Shown one piece after another: positions 51,388 to 63,470 of a DNA stretch of 64,000 bases. Position numbers and translations under genes: made by a program. The notes under the pieces are model-generated. The model ran no database searches. It was not told the origin of the DNA and saw only the letters and a list, made by a program, of their open reading frames with translations. Numbering within the stretch: position 1 is the stretch's first letter; every line of letters starts with the position of its first letter. The DNA is from Octopus sinensis (Eukaryota), in the NCBI RefSeq assembly GCF_006345805.1, contig NC_043019.1, positions 19,529,360 through 19,593,359 on the forward strand, written 5' to 3'.

Positions 51388-52723
51388 TTGTAGTACTCTG
51401 TGTCAACCAATATTCTGTGCGTATTTGACTATAGATACACTACCAATACCAATATTCCACTGAACTTTTTAATAATTCCTTCTGGAAACTATCTTAAACA
51501 TGTTCTTGAGAATGATTATTTATGTAATCTTTTGTGCCCAATATTTTAAGGAACTTGTGTTAAACTTTTTTATGTCCTTGTTACCAAACACTGTATATAT
51601 GTAATGTAGCAATTTGCAACAACCAATAATTAACGCAACCAAACTTCTACATGTTACTTTTGACAATCTTTTTCTAAAGAGTGAAACCGGTAAAGTAAAT
51701 AAACATCTTTTAAAATTGCATTTTCAAACCTTCTTTCGTATATAATTCCACTCGTGCGGTACCCCACAACCCCACTTTACTATTTTTCCATGATAAATAA
51801 TTTCTGTGTAATATATAATTGATTATTGATCATTTTCACTCGATTCATTGTAATCATATTTACTTTTATTTCACATTCCTTCATTTCTTAGTATAAATTG
51901 TCAACAGTCGATATTATTTCACAAGTGTAAGTAGTGAAAGCTCTTGTTTGCTTTGCGAGAAAAGAAGGAAAAGCTATGAATGGATTGCTTTCCCGTTCTT
52001 TTGAGGAGGGAGCGTCAACAAGAAAGACAAAACAAACGAGTGAGTGGTCAACAGAGAGAAAGGCGAATTTTTCTGCTTGCTTTCAGTAAGAGCAATGGCA
52101 TTAGTCTCTTCTTATTTTATTATTCTCTTCGAGAATGGAGCGTCAAAACGAAAGATAAAATAAACGGGTGAAGAGCAGTGTTATTAATTTTCTTTGTATT
52201 GTATTATTTTCGAGAAAGGAGCATCAAAAAGAGGGACAAAACAAAAAAATGAGTGAGTGGTCAAGAAAGAGAAAGCAGATATTTTACTGCTCGTCTTCCA
52301 GCCGTATTAAGCCAGCAGACACGTTGTTAACTTTTTTCTCTCTTGAAGTGCTAATGTTTTTACTGTCCTGTGCAGCAGAGGTCAAAACCTTGCCTCTTCA
52401 GAGGACTTTCCTGAAGATTTCCTCATTTAGACGAGAAATGCATATTAGGTCAATTTACAAGTTTCTACGGTTATTCGGTACCGAAAAGTACACAGTTTAT
52501 CTTTTGTTTTCTATTTGTTTCAATCAGTAGATTGTGGCCATGCTGGGGCACCTTAAATAATTTTTAGCCTTATGAATCTACCCCAGTACTATTTTTTTTA
52601 ACCTGGTGCTTAATCTTTTGGTCTCACGTGCCGAAATGCTAAGTCATGGGAACGTAAACACACCAACGCCGGTTGTCAAATGTTGGTGAAGGACAAACAC
52701 GGGCACAAAGACACACGCGTGCG

Positions 52724-52768
<45 letters not shown>

Positions 52769-53540
52769 GCAACAGGTTTTTTTTCAGTTTCCTTCTACCA
52801 AGTCCACTTACAAGGTTTTAATCAGGCCAAGGCTGAAGACACTGGTTGAAGACTGGACCTGGAACCATGTAGTTGGGAAGCAAGCTTCTTACAACACACC
52901 CACACTTACTTTCTAAAAAGATTTAACCAATAGAGAGAACATTTTTGATCTCTTCTTAAAACCTGAATTCAGTCATGTGACCCCAGAGTTTTTTAGGTTT
53001 TTTTTTTACTATTTAAAAAACAAGAGCAAGAAAAAGAAACCGGCAATTTTTGTGCGTGAGTGTGATGAAGAAGTTTTCATCCATTCGTTCATGCCAATGC
53101 TTTAAAATTTAATTTTAGATATTTAAAGTTATTTAATAAAGGTTACATAAAAAAGTAAACTAGCCCCTAAATGATCTGTTAGCATAAAGCTTCGATTCAT
53201 TTAAAAAGACTATAACCCAGTAGAATTCCTTATGGTTTCAATCACCCCCAAGATGGCAAAAGGGTCAATTAGTTCAGTTTTCTCTCAACTTTTCCCAACT
53301 TTGAAACAGATAAGAATATTATAATTCTCGGAAAAGATAAACTAAAGTTTAAGCTGAGAATCGAAACCGAAATGGGCAGCCAGGAATGTCATCGTTATTT
53401 TGATTGAAAGTATTATGAATAGTCTGAGCGAATGACGAAATGAACCATTCTGCACAAATTTCTGCTTCCCATGTCTGTTAGTTTGTCAGTATAAGAACTC
53501 ATTTCCTCAGCTTTGAAGTGATGTTGAAAACGAATATCAC

Positions 53541-55326
53541 GTGGCTCCAAGCTATACGTGTTGTTATCTGTGATTAGACGTTGAAATTTTGTTGTGTAAA
53601 GTGATTAATATCGCGCGAGGCGTTTGCCTCCACGTGTGGAAGCCTTCCGAAGAAGGTGAATTGACCCTCTAGTCATGGCGACTTACGCGGGGGTCACGGG
53701 AAAGAAAAATAATGATTTCTCGATAATCGTGAAGGATGTTTTCTTTGAGAAGAGTAAACTCAAAGAATATGAAAAGCTATTCAAAAGGGAGGGTGATAGC
53801 GTGAAGCTAATCCCCCCCCCCCGCGAAAGCAAAAGAGGACAAAGAAAACAAGACTGTAATATATAGAACCCAAGACAAAAATACAAAGAAACTGGCAAGA
53901 GTGGAGATAGCAGAAATCGAAAAATGTCTGGGAGACATAATGGGGAAATCGACCTACGTGAGTAGAGGCAAGAAATTTGGTACGGTGGAGGTGAGATGTG
54001 CAACGGAAGAAATTGCAGCCTCACTGGCTACCACTGTACTAAGAGCGGAAACATTTATAATGTGGCCCTCATACAAGGGAAGAAGAGGGGTCCGGGTTAA
54101 AATCCCGAATATACCCCCAGAAGTGAAAACAGAACGGCTGGCAACAGCTATTCTAGGAGCAGCAGAAGAGGAAGTGGAGGTGGAATCCTTTAAGGAGTCC
54201 AACGCGGTAAACTGGAGAGGATATGGGGTAGAACTGTGTTTGATGGCCACAAAAGAGGACATTGAAAGGTTCCCCTACAGAATAGAAATTGAAGATGAGA
54301 AAACCCTCAGTGTAATTGTAGAGGGAAGAAAGCCAAACTGCTACTTGTGCGGGACAAGGGGGCACATTAAAAAAGAGTGCCCGTTATACGAATTCATAGC
54401 GGAGTGCGAGCAGGAACTTGAAGAAAAGAAGAATACGGTAAATGAAAAAGAAAACATAGAAAAGGAAACAAAACAACAAGAGAAAGGAAATAATAAGTCA
54501 ATGAAGGAAAAAGAAATAAAAGAAAAGAAAGAAATAGAACCAAAACAGAGTCAGGAAAAAAAAAAGGAAAAAGAACCAACAGGAAAAAAACAAGAGAGAG
54601 ATCAGAATCAAACGAAAAGAAAAGACGGCACACAAAAAGAAAAAGAAAAGGAACATAAAACATGAGAGAAAGAGAGAACAGACAAAGAACCAAAAAGACA
54701 AGAGAAGGAAGAAGAAAGAAAAGAAAGCAAAAAGAGAGAAAGAGAGAAACAAAGAGAGGAGAACAAGGAAGAAATAAGCCCGAAAAGAAAACGAAGGAAA
54801 CGTAGGACGGAAACAAGATTACTGCTTCTACAAGTTAATAACCTTCCATTTCTGCCCCGAAATGAAAGACTTGACATGTAATACGGAGGGACATATATGG
54901 GTCAACAGGATGACCGATCAGTGGCAGGAGACTGCTCTAATCCCCGAAGAAAGAGTCGCTGAGTTCCTCAGAGCTGCCGGAGAGAGTGTAATATTTTACA
55001 CGAGTGTTCGAGTGAGAGAGCGGCTGCCTGAGGGCTCAGTGATTGACTTTAGAGAATTGAAAGCTATTATGGAATACGTATAGAATTGTGAGAAGAGAGA
55101 GAAGAAAGAAGAAAAAAAAAAAGAAAATATTGTGAAATATATGTGACGAAAATGTAACCTCTCGATTCCGGGGATCGAGTGGGCATTTACATCTCATTGT
55201 AAATATTCTTTCATATGTCATTTTTTAATTTTATTTTTTCCTTTTCTTGTCATTTGCTTTCTTATTTTAAGTTCCCCGACTGTACTGTCCCATCTATGTT
55301 CGCCCCTTGTGGGTAGTAATAAAATT
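53541..55326 (+). mobile_element. Complete RT-less non-LTR element encoding a gag/ORF1-like zinc-knuckle protein (HAL1-like)
   Basis: 11-bp TSD ACGAATATCAC at 53530-53540 and 55327-55337; CCHC knuckle CYLCGTRGHIKKEC; SINE-like 3' tail. Confidence 0.8.
53675..55083 (+). pseudogene. Disrupted single ORF (about 470 codons): L1/Tx1-type ORF1 N-terminus, zinc knuckle, K/E-rich linker, unknown C-terminal domain
   Basis: MATYAG start, one extra C in a C11 run at 53812-53822, in-frame TGA at 54663, and one further frameshift near 54815. Confidence 0.7.
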
Positions 55327-56338
55327 ACGAATATCACTTTCAAGCGATATCCAAAACAAAATCATTTTTTTTTTTTGAAAAAAACCCCCAGCATTTGTTG
55401 CTGTTATGTTTGATGAGACTACAGACCTTCGAATGAAATCCTTAACTGTCACACTTTTTGCGATTTGTTAAATGAAAAGGAAAGGAGAAAAGACGATGTC
55501 AGGAAAGACAAAAAGCTGCATCGCTGGCAAAAGTTGTAGATTGTTCTACACATTCGCTTAATTTGCTACTCTCCCAATCAGCTTCAAAAGTTCGTGAAAT
55601 TTAAAATATTATTATTTTTCTTTCTTTTTTTGTTTTTGCAATATATTCCAATGTAGTACGAAAATGCATATTGAACTATTCTTCAAACAACTGCTTTGTC
55701 CCTCAAACGCTTTTATTCGGTTTCCAAATTACTGAAAGTAATTTTTGTTACTGCCTTTTAATGCTCTTCTGTTCACTCTACGATGAACTAGCATCGCTTT
55801 CAATTCGCATTCAACTTTGGCATTAACTCAGCGTAGAAGTGTTAATGTATCCTTGGGTGCTTTTGTATAAAAATCGGACAACTACATGATTTTTGGTAGA
55901 ATTTCAAGGAATTTTATCGATTTATTTTGAATATACTAGTTAAGCAGTAGTAGATGTGGCACACGACCTCCTGCGTGATGGATTGGTGCAGAACTGAATA
56001 ATAATTGAAAAGGATTGCGCAAAAATTAAAAAAGCAGCAAAAAAAAAAAGAAGCAAACAATCACTTATTGAAACGATCTAATCAAATTTGACCCCGCTTA
56101 TATTAAGGGTCAGTCTCAAAAATATTTTGCGCACTAACCACGGGATTGCTGTATATATTTTGGAAATGTTTCTACGTTTCTACTTCGAAACGGTGCATCG
56201 TAGGAGGGGAACTAGTTTCATTTTCCGATTCTTCATATTTCAAAGCATATAATACTACACTTTCACTGAAAACGGGGGGGGGGCACGCGAAAATCACCCC
56301 CTCCCCACCTCAGTGTGGGGGTTGGGGGTGGACTGCAT

Positions 56339-57778
56339 GGTCAATATAAAGTTTGAGACCCGTTAACGAAAACAAAAAGATACCAGCCTGTTAGGTGTGA
56401 AAAACTGTAGAAAACTAATATGAAAAGAAAAAAAAAAGAGAATTGCGCAAACGAACATGGGGCGGAGGTGGCGAGAGGGGTTTCGGAAAATTCACAAGAT
56501 CCGATTTTTCCCTCATAACTTTTAGGAAAATGGATGTATATGAGTAAAATTTTTTATAGAAATACCGTTCAAATGGCACAAATTACGAAAAAAGACATTT
56601 CTGGGGAAATTTTTCAGAAGGGGTGGGGGAGGACAGTCGGTAAGTGCACACGATCCGTTTTTTTTTCTCTCTCATAACTATCAGGACCTGGTTTAGCGCC
56701 CGGTTACCATAACGGTTTCCCCCCACCCCAACTGGACTCCTATATTTTCAATGACGGAGATTCCGAATATGCAAAAGACCACGTTTTCAAAATTTTTAAT
56801 TTCACCCCACCCCCAATTTCTTATTTTAAACTTTTTCCGAATTTCTTTTTTCAGTCTACGTGGGAAAATACGAAAATTAAGAATCTGGGGGGGGGAAGAA
56901 AAACATTTTTTATGAAAAACTCCAAAATTGATCAACACCCCCCTCGCCACCTCATTCCGCTGTCTAAATGTGAAAGTAAACGGCTGTTTTGTCCGTTTCC
57001 GCATGAATAGATTTATAGGGAAACAGCAAAAGAAATCACGGCATGTGAAGCCCTCACCCCGAAACTCGAAATGCTTAAAATAACAGCTAAATGTCTGGAG
57101 AATTTTTGTGTTTGTGTGCGTGGAACAACTTCTACAGCTTATCCGAATGAACAGAGAAAGAATTACACAAAATATAGTTTACATACTTGTCATATACGTC
57201 GGGTTTTTTGGGGTTTTTTTCGCTTTAAAGGTAAACGATTCTGATAGATGCAACTACCTTGGGTTAATCCCAACAAAATACTACAAGTTTAATCACTGGC
57301 TCAGCACCTATGTTTGTGCTCTTCATTCCAAAATAATAAAATTTTGAAAACGTGGTTTTTTGCATATTCGAAATCTGCGTCAATCGAAAACGTAGGAATC
57401 CAGTGAAAAAAAGAAAGAAAACGTTTTGGTGACCGGGCGCTAAAAGAGATCCTGAAAGTTATGAGGGGAGAAAAATGGGTCGTGTGCACTTTCCCACAGT
57501 CCTCTCTCCACACCTTCGGAAAAAATTTCCCCAGAAATGTCTTTATAATCGTAATTTGTACCATTTGAATGGTATTTCTATAAAATATATATCCTTTTTC
57601 ATGAAAGTTATGAGGGAAAAATCGGATCTTGTAGATTTTCCGAAAGTCATCTCCTCACCACCCCACGTTCGTTTGCGCAATTTTTTCTTTTTGTATTCGC
57701 TTTCTATACAGTTTTAAAATCTCCTAACAGGCTGATACTTTTTGTTTTCGTTAACGGGTCTCAAACTTTATATTTACC
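56339..57778. mobile_element. Non-autonomous TIR DNA transposon with about 450-bp TIRs and 8-bp TSD, Merlin-like
   Basis: TSD GACTGCAT at 56331-56338 and 57779-57786; termini GGT(C/A)AATATAAAGTTTGAGACCCG; arms about 56339-56797 and 57337-57778. Confidence 0.85.
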
Positions 57779-57826
57779 GACTGCATGCCCTAGTTTTCTA
57801 GTCACCCTTTGCCACTGATGCACACA

Positions 57827-57864
<38 letters not shown>

Positions 57865-57935
57865 GTAAATTGTCCTAAAAATAATGAAAGTAAATTGGAG
57901 ACCGGAAGTGACGACAGTGGCTTAATTTTATGTAA

Positions 57936-58331
57936 TACTAGCAGTATCGCCCGGCGTTGCTCGGGTTTGTAAGGGAAATAACTATATAAGCATTTTTAGA
58001 GAGTTATAGCCAAAAAGTAGCAAAAAAATGCATTAAAAATGGGGAAAAAATGATGGTAAATTTTTTTTAAATCGTTGACTCATCGTAGACATTTTTAGAG
58101 AGTTACTTCCCTTTATTTAAAAAATATGCTTTAAAATAGAAAAAAAATTATGGTAAATTATTTTTAAAATCGTAGACTCATCGTAGACGCGCGCTAATAC
58201 CCAGAAGGGCTCGATATGAATAACGACTATAAGATACCCGGTTTTGGTTAAACTGCACCGCAAAATGTGGGAGTAGTTAGGAATCTAAATCGTAGGAGAC
58301 AGACACACAACCTTACTTTTATATATATAGA
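57936..58331 (+). mobile_element. Non-autonomous Helitron-like (Lep1/HINE-type) element
   Basis: TACTAGCAGTATCGCCCGGCGTTGCTCGGG 5' hairpin; 3' acagacacacaa..cttttatatatatag. Confidence 0.55.
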
Positions 58332-59394
58332 TGATGCGACATTATCACTGTTTCCTGTCAGTTCTTTACAACTCATTAATAGTGCAAGATTATTGCATCG
58401 GTCACATGAAACTGTAGTGGCTACCATGCGTTGACATGCAAGCCACCAGACTGCGTTCTAAGTGGTGTTCGTTGCTGAGTTTGGTATGTTAGAACAGTGT
58501 CTCTTAGCTACTAGTTTTCAAATACTTACCACATCACTACAATGTACTATACTACAACGTACCTGTAGGCGTGGCATAATGAAGGAGTTCTTTACGTTCT
58601 GTTTTCGAAATTTTGGAATCATTGTCATCTCATCCACTCGCTATCGCCATTTATTTTCACTTTTTAACGACCGTAAAACGCTTGTTAACCTATATTTTTA
58701 TCAATTCACCGAGAAGCGATAAATTAAGTCATTAAATAAATTAAGTAGAGTCTTCTTTAATGCCTTAATCATTACCGGAGCGCTCCCCATCATTCAGTCG
58801 GTAATCTGAGTCTGTTTTCTTTTGAATTATCAATTGTTTGAATATATTTTGAAATATTATATGTAAATTCTGAAGAAAATACGTATCTTTAATTTAAAAA
58901 AGAAAAAAAAAAATGTATGAGCCACGGGTGAAAATGGCTGTTTCAAGCTTCATTTCATTTCTGGCACTTGTGATAATCCAGACTCTTAAACTTCTTACTA
59001 GCGAAGTCACTCTAAGAACTGTCCTCGCGAAATTGTGCTATTGTTTAATATTGTAATCATAGTTGTTTTTAAATGAATTATTGTCAAAACATTGTATGTG
59101 TGGCGCGTGTTTTGTATCCTTGCATTTTATGTTTGCATATTGTTTCCAAAATCGACATTTTTTCATGGAGGTTGGTATTAACACAAAAGCTACTTAACTC
59201 TGTGCAAATAAGATGCTAACAGTACCGATCTTTTGGTCAAATTGTTATTAACTTGATAGAAAATTCTTTATTTTTGGCGCAAACAAAGGCAACACTCCAT
59301 TACTCATGTTAGTAGGGAATACTGGCCGAAACGTGAACAATATATATCGTCAGTAAATCATAAATCCGAAAAAGGAGCACACTACAAGTTATAG

Positions 59395-59890
59395 AACAGT
59401 AGAGTATTTAGATAAAGATAGTTATGGCCGGTTCATAGGGTTACCCAGGGTTTCGCGTCCATAAAGCGCTTGACTTTAGATCCGTCTCATCAGACCCTAA
59501 TGGCCGCTAGCCAATAACCTTCGAAGTGGCGGGAGAAAAAGCATCGTGACTAGTTTTTGAGCACAAAGAAGGTGATGTGCAAGAGATTGTCTCCCTTGGC
59601 TATCCGAAATCCATGCAGTCCCAGGATTGCAGTAGGAATTGCCTGAAGCGTAAGCAGGGTTCGGAGACTTCCGTCTTAGCATTTAAGATGCCCCTCGGGT
59701 CGAGGGAGTTCTTTAAAATCCTCGTCTGTTCCGCTATGCACAGCTTGCAACGTTTGCTCCCGTTGATGTAGGGACCCTGCTTTTCTAGGATCTTCTATGT
59801 GATTACATGTGGATTTCCTTTGTCCTTCAGGCGTCACTGGTGGCAGCCAACAACGTGGCATAACGTCTCCTCGAGATCCTAAACAAGATT
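59395..59890 (-). mobile_element. 3' end of a Penelope-like element (GIY-YIG C-terminus plus pseudo-LTR)
   Basis: Minus strand KILEKQGPYINGSKRCKLCIAEQTRILK...LNAKTEVSEPCLRFRQFLL, stop at 59600. Confidence 0.8.
59434..59502 (-). ncRNA. Type I hammerhead ribozyme with canonical core
   Basis: cattagggt-CTGATGA-G..32-nt stem II..C-GAA-ACCC-T-GGGT-A-accctatg; GUA cleavage site. Confidence 0.8.
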
Positions 59891-60147
59891 TTGATGTTTC
59901 CAGAACATCCGCTGTATTTTTGAATGCTGTTTTGGTGTTTTTATACTTCAGTTGGTGTTGACGCTGCTACTTCCGTTGTTGTTGTTGTTGTTGTTGTTGT
60001 TGGTGGTGGTGCTGGAGTTGGTGCTGGTGTTGGCGTCGTTCATGCTGGCGTAGGGGACATCATCGGTGGCGGGATTGTAGTTGTATCTCTTGGTGTTGTT
60101 CGAGCTGTTATCTGGTGGTTGATGTTATTATTGTTATCATTATTAGC

Positions 60148-60378
60148 TATTTCTTTACTACCCACAAGGGGCTAAACACAGAGAGGACAAACAAGGACAG
60201 ACAAACGGATTAAGTCGATTACATCGACCCCAGTGTGTAACTGGTACTTATTTAATCGACCCCGAAAGGATGAAAAGCAAAGTCGACCTCGGCAGAATTT
60301 GAACTCAGAACGTAACGGCAGACGAAATACCGCCGAGCATTTCACCTGGCATGCTAACGTTTCTGCCAGCTCGCCACC
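60148..60378 (-). mobile_element. tRNA-derived SINE, near full length
   Basis: Same family as 35869-36097 and 40607-40827. Confidence 0.9.
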
Positions 60379-61271
60379 TTATTATTAGCATTAGCATTAG
60401 CGATGGTGCTGCTGCTATTTCTACTAAAGTTACTGACGTTGCTGTGCGTGTGTGTGCGCGTGAGAGAGAGAGAGAGAGAGAGAGAATGGGGATTCGTTTG
60501 GCCTTGCTTGCCTGAGATTAGAAACCAAATCTAGAAATTCTCCCTAGCCATACGGCCCATTGTTCGTTCAAAAGGGAACGCTGATCTGGGTGTTTTCTAC
60601 TTGACACTTGACCTGTGCTGGTCAAGAAAGGTTAGTCCTTTGTTTAGAATTTAACTTACATTGATTTAGCTATAGTTATAACGGTATATCTATTTTTCTA
60701 GCTGGTCTGTACCATTACAAATACGTGGATATTGTGAGGAAAAGGCAGTGAGTGAGACCGACCAACAGAGAAGCACGAACGAAATACCGTCTCGTGAGAA
60801 CGTCATAGAGGGACAGCTATGGAATTCACCTGCGATACAGTTGTCTCCTCATCCACCACTCTCTTACATTCTCAATCACTCACTTTCAACGATCTCTCTT
60901 GATCTGTTTGGTTATGCTTGCTAGAACGACAGGGAATAAGTAAGTCCAACGCTATCTATTCTTTTACAAGGAAATATAACTCGCATGCTTTCCGACTGTT
61001 TTTATACTCGCCTGCCCGTTGTGGTTTGGCTTTAATTAAATGTGATGGAGAAATAAATATGTTATCCACAACTTCGACCATTATCCTTCTTTCATGGAGT
61101 CATCATCATCAGCTTTAACATAGATAACACAACCGTTACACAAACACACGCGCGCGCGGGCACACGTTTTCATGACATCCCTTGTGTCTCCAAGCAATCT
61201 GCTGACGCTGAGCATACGGTTTTCTGTTCTATTTGAAAATGAGTTTGCTTGTACATGAGAAACCACAGACA

Positions 61272-61340
<69 letters not shown>

Positions 61341-61397
61341 CGAGATGGTTTATGCAAAAAGTGGAAGGGTGAATATAAATGGAAAAGAAGTTATGTC

Positions 61398-61743
61398 CCC
61401 TTTGATCATAGAAGCCATAACTGGACTGGTTGTAGAATAATTCAATGGAGAGGGGCCCAAAGTCTGTGGGAGAGCTGCTCAATCTTGGAAGGGTTTTGTC
61501 CACCAGTTAGCCAAATGAGATTTGTCCATATGCTTGTGCTTTCTTTTTAGATCTAAAAATTCCCTTGCACTACTTTATTCCAGATCTGAAATTTTCTGAA
61601 ATGCAAGCATATGGACAAATTTCTTTTGGTTACAGGAGGGCAGTACTTTCTCTGGATGGAGCAGCTGTCTCATAGACTTTGAATTCTTTCTGTTGAATTA
61701 TTCTCCAACAACCAGTCCAATCAAAACTTCTACAGTCAAAGGA
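61398..61743. repeat. Old diverged inverted repeat (arms about 145 bp, spacer about 55 bp)
   Basis: Paired blocks ggactggttgt, agaataattcaa, caaagtct, agctgctc and atttgtccatatgcttg. Confidence 0.75.
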
Positions 61744-62137
61744 ATCTAATTCTAATTTTCTTTCTTTTCTTTTCTTTTCCTCTTTCTATTTCTATTCAAT
61801 CTCCCACATTTTGCATTAACTCTCTTGTTTTTTCATGATTTTTCATGTACCAGAAAACTGATTTTCAAATAGTATAGACCATATGCTCAGAGCCTAAGAT
61901 TGCTTGAGCACAGGGCATGCTATAAAACTCTGCTCTGATATTTGTCTTCACAGCATGGAACTGTTAGTTACTTGTATCTTTATACTGTGTACATTAAAGA
62001 TATGTGTATATACAAATATATATCCTAAATTCCCTCTTACCTGGTGTGTGTGCATGCATGTGTATATAATTTCTCTTATCTGGTGTATACTTATATATAG
62101 ATAGATGTGTTTGGATATGTGTGTATGTCCGTATTTA

Positions 62138-62630
62138 TCATCTCCATCATTTAACGTCCGTTTTCCATGCTGGCATGGGGTTGCACGGTTTGACATGAAG
62201 CTGACTCACTGTGGAGCTGTGCCAACTCCAATTGCCGTTATGAGATGGCTTCCACTGCCAGATGCCCTTCCTAACACCAATCACTTTACAGAGTTTGCTG
62301 GGTGCTTTTTACATGCCACCAGCATGGGTGTATTTACATAGCACTGGCATGAGTACATTTTATGTGACATTGGCACCTGTAAAGCACAATTCTGGATGTA
62401 TAGAAGACAGCAAGTTTACTTAGCTTGGTGCATCTTCTCAAGTACAGCAAATCATCCAGCATCCAGAGATCCTGTCTCACCACTTTGTCCCCCATCTTCC
62501 TGGGTCTGCCCCTTCCACAGGTTTCCTCCATAATTGGAGCTTGACACTTCTTTGTGCAGCCGTCCTCATCCACATGTATCATATGACCATACTGTCTTCT
62601 TTCTTGCACACCACATCTGATGCCTCCTCT
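62138..62630 (-). mobile_element. RTE LINE 3' fragment
   Basis: YGHMIHVDEDGCTKKC..TCGRGRPRK plus conserved 3' UTR. Confidence 0.75.
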
Positions 62631-63423
62631 TCTGCCCAATTTTTCTCTTAAATCCTTTATACTCTGTCATCCATGCATATAAAGAGGCAACCAGCAGAGC
62701 ATGTCGGCTTCATTTCTTCCAAGCCTTTGCATTTCCTCCATAGTCCCAGTCTATGTTTCACTGCTACGTAGCAGAGCTGTCAGTATATGGACATCATACA
62801 GTCTGCCCGTCACTCTGATATACACATCTGTATTGTCATTAATATTCTAAAGGTGTCAAGCTGGCAGAATCATTTACACACTGGGCAAAATGCTCAGGAG
62901 TATTTCCTCCTTCCTTACTTTCTGAGTTCAGATTCCATTGCTGTCAACTTAGCCTTTCATCCTTTCAGAGTCAATAAAATAAGAACCGCTTGAGCAATGA
63001 GATTGATGTAATCAATTAAACCCCACTCCCCTTGCATTGCTGGCCTTGTTACCAAAATTTGAGACCAAGATTCTAAATACAGTCATCATCATCATCATTA
63101 TCCTTTGATGTCTGTTTTCCACACTGACATTGTATGCATCTGTATTATCATTAATATTCTGAATACAATAGAAATGAGAGAAAGAGAAAGAAATGAAAAT
63201 ATAATTAAGAACACGTTTTATTAAATTAATAAAATCCAGGAACTGTAAGTGTCGTGAGAAGCAACGATCCATTTTAAATACAATAGAAACTATCTTTGTT
63301 TTATTGACAATTAACACAAATTCTTTTGATTCTAATTGACAATACACATTTTTCTTTCTTTTTTCTGGATGCCAATTGCTTGACGGTTCCACTTATTTAA
63401 GTATCAGATAACAGGGAGTTTAC

Positions 63424-63470
<47 letters not shown>

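Noticed and set aside
53600-53672. HDV-like ribozyme in the gag-only element leader (CCTCCACGT resembles L3)
   Set aside because: P3 does not pair and there is no GG for P1.1. It is better explained as two simple hairpins.
58934-59056. 40-codon hydrophobic ORF with good start context
   Set aside because: Short, with no homology or splice support. Expected by chance in T-rich DNA.
59295-59350. Plus-strand hairpin followed by GAAACGT
   Set aside because: Core reads CTCATGT, the triplet is GTG and there is no stem I. Too decayed to call.
60702-60747. Candidate 46-nt exon (ttctag..gtgagt)
   Set aside because: Splice-like signals only, with no recognisable peptide or partner exons.
61061-61118. 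Minus-strand CTGATGA..GTC-GAAG motif
   Set aside because: Lies in a (CAT)n tract, lacks GAAA and stem III.
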